The notes under the pieces were generated by a model. It worked only from the letters and a program-made list of their open reading frames with translations. It searched no databases and was not told the origin of the DNA. Of a DNA stretch of 64,000 nucleotides, positions 17,229 through 27,501 are shown in pieces. This DNA comes from Polyangiales bacterium. GTDB lineage: Bacteria > Myxococcota_A > Polyangia > Polyangiales > Polyangiaceae. A program made the translations under genes and the position numbers. The stretch's first letter is position 1. Each line of letters begins with the position of its first letter. Location of the stretch: assembly GCA_038231275.1 (NCBI GenBank), contig JBBRLQ010000031.1:25611-89610 (forward strand), given 5' to 3'.

Positions 17229-19070
17229 ATGCTCGACCTCTTCCGGAAGCGGGGCCTTTCCTCGATCGTCTACGGCGTCATCATCGTGGCGACGATCCTG
17301 GTCTTCGTGATCCAGTTCCGCCCAAACGCCGGTCAGCAGACCGCGTCGCTCAAAGAAGCGTGCGTCGTCCTCGTCAAAGGCCACTGCGTCAACCCCAAGT
17401 CGTACAAGGCGGCCTATCGCCTCCTGATCCCGCGCGACTCCCAGGGCAACTTGCTCACGGCGCGCGCGCGGCAGATGCACCTCGGTCAGGTCACTGCCGA
17501 CGGGCTCGTCGAGCGAGAGCTGCTCGTGAGCGAGGCCGACCGCATCGGCGTCCGCGCGACGCCCGACGAGGTCGACCAAGAGATCCTGAACGGCTTCATC
17601 CACGTCTCGATCCCCAGCGACAACCCGTTCCTCGCGAGCTCGCTCCGCGTCGCCGACGGGAAAATCTACGCCGGCTTCAAGGATCAGAAGACCAAGCAGT
17701 TCGACTACAAGGTCTACGAGCGCAGCATCCGCATGCTGACGGGCAAGAGCGCCACCGAGTTCAAGGAGGAGCAGGAGCGCGAGCTCGTCGCCGCGAAGAT
17801 GCGCGACATGATCCGTTCGCCCATCCGCGTCTCCGACGCCGAGGCGCTCGAGATGTACGTCTCCGAGAAGAGCAACGCGAAGGTCTCCTACGTGGAGCTG
17901 AAATCGACGTGGCTCGGGCGCTGGGCGACGACGGTGAGGGACGCCGACGTCGACGCGTGGCTCAAGGACAAGACCAATCAGGCGATCGTCGACTCGACGA
18001 TGACCGGGCGCGAGAAGGACAGCGCGCCGGTGAAGGATCACATCCGGCATATCCTCGTGAAGGTGAGCCCCGACGCGCGCACCGAGGACAAGGCACTGGC
18101 GCTCGGCCGCATCGCGAAGGCCTACGGCCGCGTGAAGGCGGGCGAGGCGTTCGCCGACGTCGCGCGTGAGGTCAGCGAGGACACCAGCAACACGCACGGC
18201 GGCGACGTCGGCGACAAGACCGACGGCTTCGTCGAGCCCTTTAAGCTCGCCGCCGACGCGCTCAAGCCCGGCGAGATGACGAACGAGGCGATCGAGACCC
18301 AGTTCGGCTACCACCTCATCTACAAAGACGATCCCGCGAAGAAAGACGACGTGATCGCGAAGCTCAAGAGGGGCGCGGCGCGGCAGCTCTATCTGAAGCA
18401 CGTCACGCTGGAGCTCGGGAAGACGCTCGCCGCGAAGGTGCGCGACGACATCAAGGGCGGCAAGAGCGCGGAGGACGCGGCGAAGGCCGTGGTCGCGCAG
18501 TACACGAAGGCGCCCGAGAAGCTCCCGGCGATTGCGGTGCACGGCGCGGCCAAAGCGACGGGTGCGAAAGACGCGAAGGACGCGGGCGCGGCCGACGCGA
18601 CCACCGCGGCCGGCGACGGCGGCGCGCCCAAGCCGGCGGCCATCGAGCCCAAGGCGCCGAGCGCCGACACCGATCCCGATCGCCCCCAGGTGCAGACGTC
18701 GGCCGGGTTCAACAAAGGCGGCGACGCGATCAGCGAGCTGTCGAACGACACGTCGGCCGAGGTGAACAAGTTCGCCTTTTCGAGCAAGGACGGCGACGTG
18801 ATGGCCGAGCCGCTCCGCACCGACGGCGGCTACATGGTCGTGCAGCTCAAGGAGCACAAGACGTCGTCGAAGGAGGAGTTCGACAAGGAGCGCGAGACGT
18901 ACGTGCAGACGCTCCTCGCCGCCAAGCAAGCCGAGTCGCTCGCCCTCTACGTGAAGCGCCTCCGCGAGTCGAGCAAGGCCGACGTGAAGATCGACGAGAA
19001 TTTCACGAAGGAAGCGACCGGCAAGGACGGCGGCGCGCCGAGCGACTTCGACGAGGACGAGCAGCAGTAA
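17229..19070 (+). CDS. PpiD/SurA-type periplasmic chaperone with parvulin PPIase domain
   Basis: N-terminal anchor MLDLFRK...; HIRHILVK, F..VA..VSED, GGDVG, FVEPF, ETQFGYHLI. Confidence 0.85.
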   Translation: MLDLFRKRGLSSIVYGVIIVATILVFVIQFRPNAGQQTASLKEACVVLVKGHCVNPKSYKAAYRLLIPRDSQGNLLTARARQMHLGQVTADGLVERELLVSEADRIGVRATPDEVDQEILNGFIHVSIPSDNPFLASSLRVADGKIYAGFKDQKTKQFDYKVYERSIRMLTGKSATEFKEEQERELVAAKMRDMIRSPIRVSDAEALEMYVSEKSNAKVSYVELKSTWLGRWATTVRDADVDAWLKDKTNQAIVDSTMTGREKDSAPVKDHIRHILVKVSPDARTEDKALALGRIAKAYGRVKAGEAFADVAREVSEDTSNTHGGDVGDKTDGFVEPFKLAADALKPGEMTNEAIETQFGYHLIYKDDPAKKDDVIAKLKRGAARQLYLKHVTLELGKTLAAKVRDDIKGGKSAEDAAKAVVAQYTKAPEKLPAIAVHGAAKATGAKDAKDAGAADATTAAGDGGAPKPAAIEPKAPSADTDPDRPQVQTSAGFNKGGDAISELSNDTSAEVNKFAFSSKDGDVMAEPLRTDGGYMVVQLKEHKTSSKEEFDKERETYVQTLLAAKQAESLALYVKRLRESSKADVKIDENFTKEATGKDGGAPSDFDEDEQQ

Positions 19071-19105
19071 CCAGCAGCCGCCGGCCGTAGGAAGAGGAGC
19101 GCGTC

Positions 19106-20404
19106 TTGATGGAGAGCCTGCGGGCGCAAACGACGGTCCTCGCCAACGGCCTGCGGGTCATCACGACGCCGCAACCGCAGCTCCATCGCGCGCACGTCGC
19201 GTGCTACGTGCGCGTGGGATCGCGCTTCGAGGAGAAGGCCATCAACGGCGTGAGCCATTTTCTCGAGCACATGCTGTACCGGGGCACCGATCGGCTGCCC
19301 TCCGCGCACGAAGTGAACCTCGCGTTCGAGCAGCACGGCGGGTACTTGTATGCTGCAACTCAGGCCGATTTCGGCGTCTATTCGCTGACGTTGCCGCCCG
19401 AGTCGCTGGCGACCACGTGCGATCTGTTCGCCGACGTCCTGCTTCGGCCACGCTTCTTCGACATCGAGATCGAAAAGGGGATCGTAGAAGAAGAGATCCG
19501 CGAGGACCTCGACGACGACGGGCGGCAAATCGACGCCGACAACCTCTCGCGCGAGCTGATCTATCCGACCCATCCGCTCGGCTTCACGATCACAGGCACG
19601 GCCGAGACCGTGCGCGGGTTCGACGTGCCAACGCTCGCGACGCACCACGCGCGGCACTACACGGCGGCGTCGAGCGTGCTCGCGTTCTCTGGCGCGGTGA
19701 TCCACGCCGAGGCGGTGGAGCTGGCCGAGAAATGGTTCTCGGCGATGCCGCGCGGCGAGCGGGTAAAGACGGAGGCGCCGACGCACGCTCAGAAGAAGCC
19801 GCGCGTGCGCATCGTCGACGACCAAGGCAGCCAGACCGATCTGCGCGTGTGCTTCCACGCGCCCGCGGAGGGAGCGAAGGAGCGACCGGCGCTCGACATG
19901 CTGATGCGCCTCATCGACGACGGCATGTCGACGCGGCTCTACCATCGCATCTGCGACAGCCAAGGCCTCTGCTACGACGTCACCTGCGGGTACGACGGCT
20001 ACGAGGACGACGGCGTCGTGGACTTCGCGGCGGGCGTCGCGCACGAGCGCACGGCGAAGGTGACCGGAGAAATCTTGGCGCTGATGCGCGAGCTCGCCAA
20101 CGACGGGCCGAGCGAGGACGAGATGGCGAAGGCGAAGCGGCGCGCGCGGTGGGAGGTCACGCAGCTGGCGGACTCCGCCGAGGACCTCGCGGGCTTTTAC
20201 GCGCACACCGCGATCTTCGGCCACGACACGACGCCCGAGGCGGAGCTGCAGAAGACGCTCGCGGTTACGCTCGACGAAGTGCGCGAGATGGCGCGCACGC
20301 TGGCGCAGCCGGACCGGCTCAACGTGCTCGCGGTGGGGATGCTCGATCGCGGGGAGGACCGACGGCTCGTCGACACCGTGAAAGAGTGGAAGGGCGGCGC
20401 TTAG
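19106..20404 (+). CDS. M16 (pitrilysin) family zinc peptidase
   Basis: LANGLRV, GSRFE, GVSHFLEHM (HxxEH), EKGIVEEE, HPLG, STRLY. Confidence 0.9.
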   Translation: MMESLRAQTTVLANGLRVITTPQPQLHRAHVACYVRVGSRFEEKAINGVSHFLEHMLYRGTDRLPSAHEVNLAFEQHGGYLYAATQADFGVYSLTLPPESLATTCDLFADVLLRPRFFDIEIEKGIVEEEIREDLDDDGRQIDADNLSRELIYPTHPLGFTITGTAETVRGFDVPTLATHHARHYTAASSVLAFSGAVIHAEAVELAEKWFSAMPRGERVKTEAPTHAQKKPRVRIVDDQGSQTDLRVCFHAPAEGAKERPALDMLMRLIDDGMSTRLYHRICDSQGLCYDVTCGYDGYEDDGVVDFAAGVAHERTAKVTGEILALMRELANDGPSEDEMAKAKRRARWEVTQLADSAEDLAGFYAHTAIFGHDTTPEAELQKTLAVTLDEVREMARTLAQPDRLNVLAVGMLDRGEDRRLVDTVKEWKGGA

Positions 20405-21297
20405 CCTAGCTTCGCGTCGAAGTGCGCGAGCAGCGCGGCCGCCAACGGATCGGGCTGCGTCCAGTGCATCATGTGGCCAGCCCCCGCCAGCGTGACGCGC
20501 GAGAGGTTCCCGATCGCCGCAAGCCGATCCTCCTCGTCGGGCGGATGCCAGCCGAGCGGACCGCCTTCGACGTAGAGCGTGGGCGCGGTGATCTTCTTCG
20601 CGAACTCGACGAACAGGTTGCGGAAGAAGGGCATCGGCGACGTCGTGCGGTGAAGCGGATCGTGCTTCCACGCGACCTTGCCGTCGCCGGCGTCGCGCGT
20701 GAGGTGGTGGAGACGCTCCTCGAGCACCGCGTCGCCGACGTTCGGGTGATTTCCCTTCAAGCGGCGTAGGGCATCCGCGCGATCCATCGCGCGCTCGGCG
20801 CCCCGCTTCCGGGCCGCGCGGACGCCGTCGATCCAGCTCCGCGCGCGCACGGGCCCGACCTCGAAGCCGTTGTCGGGCGGGCCGAGACCTTCGAGCAGCG
20901 CGAGCTTCGTGATCCGCTCGGGGAACGTGCCGGCGTAGAGCGTCGAGACGGTGCCGCCCATCGAGTGACCAACGAGATAGAGCGGCGACGGAGCGACCAG
21001 ATCGTCGACGAGGTCGGCGACGTCGAAGACGTAGTCCATGAAGTGGTAGTAGCCGCCGGCAGGGACGCGCGCGGTCTCGCCGTAGCCGCGGAGATCCGGC
21101 GCGAGGACGCGGAGCCCTCCAGCGACGAGCGCGGGGGCGACGAGATCCCAGGTGGCGCCGCCGTCCATGAAACCGTGAAGGAGGAGCGCGGTCGCGCGGA
21201 AGTCGGGCGGCGCCCACTCGAGGACGCGGTAGTCGAGGCCATTGGCGACGACGCGGAGGACGTTGGGAGGACCAGGTCGGGATCGGGGTTCGTTCAC
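20401..21297 (-). CDS. Alpha/beta fold hydrolase
   Basis: LLHGF, PDLRGYG, GHSMGG nucleophile elbow, AGHMMH. Confidence 0.9.
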   Translation of the reverse strand: MNEPRSRPGPPNVLRVVANGLDYRVLEWAPPDFRATALLLHGFMDGGATWDLVAPALVAGGLRVLAPDLRGYGETARVPAGGYYHFMDYVFDVADLVDDLVAPSPLYLVGHSMGGTVSTLYAGTFPERITKLALLEGLGPPDNGFEVGPVRARSWIDGVRAARKRGAERAMDRADALRRLKGNHPNVGDAVLEERLHHLTRDAGDGKVAWKHDPLHRTTSPMPFFRNLFVEFAKKITAPTLYVEGGPLGWHPPDEEDRLAAIGNLSRVTLAGAGHMMHWTQPDPLAAALLAHFDAKLG

Positions 21298-21325
21298 GCG
21301 TCGTCCAGCCTACTATTGGACGAGG

Positions 21326-22135
21326 ATGGACGCCGCAGCCCTCTCGCTCGCGCTAGTCGCCGCGCTGCGCGGACCTGTCTCGACGGGGGGCGGCCATGCG
21401 ACGGCGCTCGTGGACGCACCTGCCGGAACGGTCGTGAGCGCGGTCGAGCTCGACGGCTGCCGCGCGACGCCGCGAGGCGCGACCGAGCGTGCGCCGGTCA
21501 CGTGGGCCATCGCGTTCGACCCCGCGTTCGCCGAGAAGGAGCGCTTCCGCGACGCACGCCAAATTGCGCTGTATTTCGTTTCGCACGTCCAGGCCGGCGA
21601 CCGCATGAACGTCCTCGTCGTAGGGCCGGATGCGACGCGCTCGTCCGGCTTCCACGGCCTCGAAGACCTCGTGGCGCTCCGCGCGCCGATCGACAGTGCG
21701 CTCGATCCGACGACGCCTCGGCACGACGACGCCGGCGCGTGGGATCTCCTCTCTCTGGCGCGCTCTGAGGGTCGGGTGGCGCCGAACACGCCGGGCGAGG
21801 CCTCTCTTCACGTCGCGGTCGCGATCGACGGCGCGCGTGGGGGAGCGCGCGTGCGCGTGTCGGGCGAGGCAGTGGAGCTCGACGAGATCCTCCCGCCGGG
21901 CACGTCCCAGTCTCGGGGCCCGCGCCTCGTCGCAGAGGTCGCCGGACGCCTCGCGGCCGTCTCACGCGCACACTTCGACGTCACGTGCGCGACGCCCGAG
22001 CCGCAGGACGCGACGACGGCGACGACGACGACGACGACGAGCGGCGCGGAGGGACGGACGTTCCTCATCGCGGGAGCGGCGGCCGTGTGTGCGCTGCTCG
22101 TCGCGCTCGTCTGGCGCGCCGCGCGCCGCGGATGA
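21326..22135 (+). CDS. Hypothetical membrane-anchored protein
   Basis: Hydrophobic N-terminus, poly-Thr linker, C-terminal TM followed by Arg-rich tail; start uncertain. Confidence 0.55.
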   Translation: MDAAALSLALVAALRGPVSTGGGHATALVDAPAGTVVSAVELDGCRATPRGATERAPVTWAIAFDPAFAEKERFRDARQIALYFVSHVQAGDRMNVLVVGPDATRSSGFHGLEDLVALRAPIDSALDPTTPRHDDAGAWDLLSLARSEGRVAPNTPGEASLHVAVAIDGARGGARVRVSGEAVELDEILPPGTSQSRGPRLVAEVAGRLAAVSRAHFDVTCATPEPQDATTATTTTTTSGAEGRTFLIAGAAAVCALLVALVWRAARRG

Positions 22136-22150
22136 TACGTTCGGGCCCGG

Positions 22151-23152
22151 ATGGCCCATACGATCACCCTCATCCCCGGGGACGGCATCGGCCCCGAGGT
22201 CGCCGAGGCCACCAAGCGCGTCCTCGCCGCCGTGGGCGTCCGAATCGACTGGGAGACGCACGACGCAGGCGCCGCAGTGGCCGAGAAGCGCGGCACCACG
22301 CTCCCCAGCGAGGTGCTCGACTCGGTCCGCAAGAACAAGGTCGCGCTCAAGGGTCCGATCGGCACGCCCATCGGCAAGGGCTTCCGCTCCGTCAACGTGA
22401 CCTTGCGGCAGGCGCTCGATCTCTACGCGAACGTCCGCCCCGTCCGCAGCCTCCCCGGCGTCGAGCCGCGCTTCGAGGGGACCGACATCGTGATCGTCCG
22501 AGAAAATACGGAAGATCTGTACGCCGGGCTCGAGCTCATGATCATGCCGGGCATCGCACAGTCCATCAAGCTCATCACCGAGAAGGGGTGCCTCCGCATT
22601 TGCGAGTACGCGTTCGCGTACGCCGAGCGCATGGGCCGCAAGCGCGTCACCGCGGTGCACAAGGCGAACATCATGAAGCTCTCGGACGGCATGTTCCTCG
22701 AGGTCTTCCGCAAGGTGGCGCTGGCCCACCCGAAGATCGAGCCGGCCGAGATGATCGTCGACGCGACGGCGATGACCATGGTCAGAAACGCCAACCGCCT
22801 CGACGTCATCGTGACCGAGAACCTGTACGGCGACATCTTGAGCGATCTCGCGGCGGGCCTCGTGGGCGGCCTCGGCATCGTCCCCGGCGCGAACATCGGC
22901 GAGGGCGCGGCGATCTTCGAGGCGGTCCACGGCACCGCGCCGGACATCGCCGGCAAGGGGATCGCGAACCCTACCGCGCTGATCCAGAGCGCCGTGATGA
23001 TGCTCCACCACATCGGCGAGTCGGCCGCCGGCGATCGCATCGAGCACGCCCTCGTCGAGCTGTACCGAAGCCGCGCGGCGCTCACCGGCGATCTCGGCGG
23101 CACGGCGACCACCGACCAGTTCACCGACGCGCTCTGCACACGCGTCGCCTGA
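22151..23152 (+). CDS. Isocitrate/isopropylmalate dehydrogenase family (NAD-type IDH-like)
   Basis: IPGDGIGPEV, SVNVTLR, RENTEDLY, HKANIMK, NLYGDILSD, FEAVHGTAPDIAGK, ANP. Confidence 0.9.
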   Translation: MAHTITLIPGDGIGPEVAEATKRVLAAVGVRIDWETHDAGAAVAEKRGTTLPSEVLDSVRKNKVALKGPIGTPIGKGFRSVNVTLRQALDLYANVRPVRSLPGVEPRFEGTDIVIVRENTEDLYAGLELMIMPGIAQSIKLITEKGCLRICEYAFAYAERMGRKRVTAVHKANIMKLSDGMFLEVFRKVALAHPKIEPAEMIVDATAMTMVRNANRLDVIVTENLYGDILSDLAAGLVGGLGIVPGANIGEGAAIFEAVHGTAPDIAGKGIANPTALIQSAVMMLHHIGESAAGDRIEHALVELYRSRAALTGDLGGTATTDQFTDALCTRVA

Positions 23153-23239
23153 CCAAGACCCGCGGAGCGCCCGACGGGCGACCCGCGCGGATCGTCTTCT
23201 TGCTCCTGATGCCGCCGCGGGCCTTCGAGCAAGCCTCGC

Positions 23240-24094
23240 TCATCTGAAAATCGCGAGCGTCGCGCCCAGGACGACGAGCGCCGCGCCCACCGCCTCGCGC
23301 GGCGATGGAGTCGCGCCCATCGCCAGGGCTCCGATCGCGAGCGAGCCCACCGTCTCGCCGGGCGACGCCATCGCGACGATCGCCGGCGGCACGCTGCGCG
23401 CGGCGTTCTGGAGGAGCGTGTGCCCGACCAGGGTAGGCACGAGCCCCAGCGCGAGCACGGCCAGCCACGAGGACGCCGGCGCGCTCGTCCCCTGGACCGC
23501 CCGGAGCGCCATCGGCGCGAGGAGAAGCGTGCATACTGCATACACGGCGCCCGCGTAGGGCAGCGGCGGCATCGCGTCGCGCAAGCCCCGCGCGGCGGCG
23601 ACGTACGCGCCGAACACGACCACCGCGCCGAGGACCATCAAATCTCCGCCGAGCCGGTGCTCGCCCTCCCCGGCGCCGCTCGCGACGACGAGCGCCCCCG
23701 CGGTCGCCACGACCACGCCGATGCTCTCGCGCCGGGTCGGACGGATCCCGAACGCGGCCCACGCGACGAGGACCACGCTGAGCGGCTCGAGCGAAACCAG
23801 TGACACCGCGGCGGGGAGCGACGTCGCGGCGAGGCCCATCATGAAGAGCGCAAAATGCGCCGCGAGAAGCGCGCCGGCGCCGAAGAGGGCGAGGCGATGG
23901 CGAGGCGAGAGCGCGGCGACAGCGCGCGCTGTGGCGAGGGGTTGGAAGAGGAGCAGCAGCGTGCCCGCGACGAGGGTGCGGCCGGCGGCCACGGCGATCG
24001 CGGGCACCCCGACGGCGAGTCGGGCGAGCGGAGACGCGGTAGAGAACGCGAGCGCCGCGACGAAGACGAGGAGGGCGGCGCGGGACGCGCGCAT
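23240..24094 (-). CDS. DMT/EamA family transporter
   Basis: About 10 TM helices in two repeats; LAAHF, GD, GH motifs; start re-picked at 24094. Confidence 0.85.
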   Translation of the reverse strand: MRASRAALLVFVAALAFSTASPLARLAVGVPAIAVAAGRTLVAGTLLLLFQPLATARAVAALSPRHRLALFGAGALLAAHFALFMMGLAATSLPAAVSLVSLEPLSVVLVAWAAFGIRPTRRESIGVVVATAGALVVASGAGEGEHRLGGDLMVLGAVVVFGAYVAAARGLRDAMPPLPYAGAVYAVCTLLLAPMALRAVQGTSAPASSWLAVLALGLVPTLVGHTLLQNAARSVPPAIVAMASPGETVGSLAIGALAMGATPSPREAVGAALVVLGATLAIFR

Positions 24095-24212
24095 GCGGTC
24101 ACGTACCACTTTTCGGGCGGGACCGAGCGCCAATTGCCCGTTCCGTTCGGACGTCGTTCCCTCTAGCGTGTGTCACTGGGCCTCACTCGGGCCCGGGCAA
24201 GAGGAGACGACG

Positions 24213-24767
24213 ATGAGGTTATCCAAGACGGCGCGGCGCATCGCGCTGGGCTCGATACTGGCAGCGACGGCCATCTCGGTGTCGGGTACGGCGCTGGCGG
24301 CGTTCCAGGCGCACATCTCGATCAAGGGAAAGAAGCAGGGGCAGTTCAAGGGGGAGGGCCAAGACAAGCGCAAGGACAAGTGGATGCCGGTCCTCTCGCT
24401 CTCGTTCGGCGTCAAGTCCCCGCGCGACACCGCCACCGGCCAGGCCACCGGCAGGCGCCAGTACGAGCCGGTGTGCTTCACGAAGGAGGCGGGCAGCGCG
24501 ACGCCGCAGATCCTGACCGCGGTCGCCACCAACGAAGTGCTCTCCGAGGTGAGCTTCGAGCTCACCAAGGCCGGCCCGGGCGGCGAAGAATATGTCTACC
24601 AGACGATCAAGCTCACCGACGCGACGGTCTCCAGCGCGCGGCAGCACATGGAAGCCGCGCCGACCAAGGGGCCCGTCGACGAGGTCTGCTTCACGTTCCG
24701 CAAGATCGACGTCGAGAACAGGGACGGCAAGACCTCCTACGCCGACGACTGGACCGCGACGCCGTGA
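24213..24767 (+). CDS. hcp: Hcp/TssD-family tube protein carrying an N-terminal signal peptide
   Basis: GKKQGQFKGE, SPRD..TGQATGRRQY.P..FTK....TPQI, NEVL, Y.TIKLTDA, DEV.F.FRKI, DDW; RBS GAGGAG at 24201; leader MRLSKTARR-hydrophobic-ALA. Confidence 0.85.
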   Translation: MRLSKTARRIALGSILAATAISVSGTALAAFQAHISIKGKKQGQFKGEGQDKRKDKWMPVLSLSFGVKSPRDTATGQATGRRQYEPVCFTKEAGSATPQILTAVATNEVLSEVSFELTKAGPGGEEYVYQTIKLTDATVSSARQHMEAAPTKGPVDEVCFTFRKIDVENRDGKTSYADDWTATP

Positions 24768-24804
24768 TGCGGGTCGACCTCTGCACCGCCCAAGGGAGGC
24801 GAGG

Positions 24805-25560
24805 CTAGAACCGCTCTTTCGGCTCCTCTTTGCTCAACACCTGCACGTTCGGCAGAACCTCTTTCGCGAACCGGTCGCGCACGTCTTTCGCGCGGGGCTC
24901 GTCGTCGCGCGAGGGGATCGCGACGCCCACGACAAGGCACGCCTCCTTCCCCCATACCGGGTAGGTTCCATACGCCGCCGCGTACGACTCACGCGACGCC
25001 ATGGTGGCCGTCCTCGCCATCACGGGATCGATGTCGATCGGCACCGGCGCGATCTTCGCGCCCCCGGGCACCTTGTTCCACATGACCGCGACCGGCGCGT
25101 CGTGCTTCAGCTCGACGTCGAACGCTTCGAGCATCGGCGTCGCCAGCACCTCGAAGCTCTTCGCGCACGCGCCCTGTACGCTGTTGTCCTCCACGTGCGT
25201 GATGAACGCCGCGACGATCGCGTGATGATCCTTGCCGTAGCGGAAGCCCACGAGGCTCGGCACGCCCCAGAACCGAACGCGCATCCAATGCTCCGCGTCC
25301 GGGAGCGGCACGCGAATGCTGTTCTGCTTGTCGGTGCGGCCGTCGCTCACGCCGATCTTGAGCTGCTCAAGCGCCGCCGAGTGCTCGCTCCCGCCCTTGC
25401 CCTTGTCGCCGTTCGCGGTCGACCCGTCGTCCTTCGGAGGCGGCGCGGCCATGACCACGCGCAGCGGTTGCGTGGACGAGCTGCACCCGACCGCCGCGAG
25501 CGCCGCGAGCACCGCCGGAAAAAAAGCAATCGTTGCGGCGGCTCGCGTCATCTCCTTCAT
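24805..25560 (-). CDS. Hypothetical lipoprotein
   Basis: AVGC lipobox; start 25560 or 25551. Confidence 0.7.
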   Translation of the reverse strand: MKEMTRAAATIAFFPAVLAALAAVGCSSSTQPLRVVMAAPPPKDDGSTANGDKGKGGSEHSAALEQLKIGVSDGRTDKQNSIRVPLPDAEHWMRVRFWGVPSLVGFRYGKDHHAIVAAFITHVEDNSVQGACAKSFEVLATPMLEAFDVELKHDAPVAVMWNKVPGGAKIAPVPIDIDPVMARTATMASRESYAAAYGTYPVWGKEACLVVGVAIPSRDDEPRAKDVRDRFAKEVLPNVQVLSKEEPKERF

Positions 25561-25669
25561 CTTGGACGAAACACCGCCCCGGCGCATTCCAATCTTGGCG
25601 ACAAGTTGGCGGCCTGGGGTGCGTTCGGGGCGATTTTGCGGTAAAGCCGTGGCTCAGGAAAACCCCATC

Positions 25670-27466
<1,797 letters not shown>

Positions 27467-27501
27467 CGCGCCTGTCGAAATCGCGTTAGCCTAGCGCGTC
27501 G

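Noticed and set aside
23240..25560. Type VI secretion cluster around hcp
   Set aside because: Flanking genes are not T6SS components
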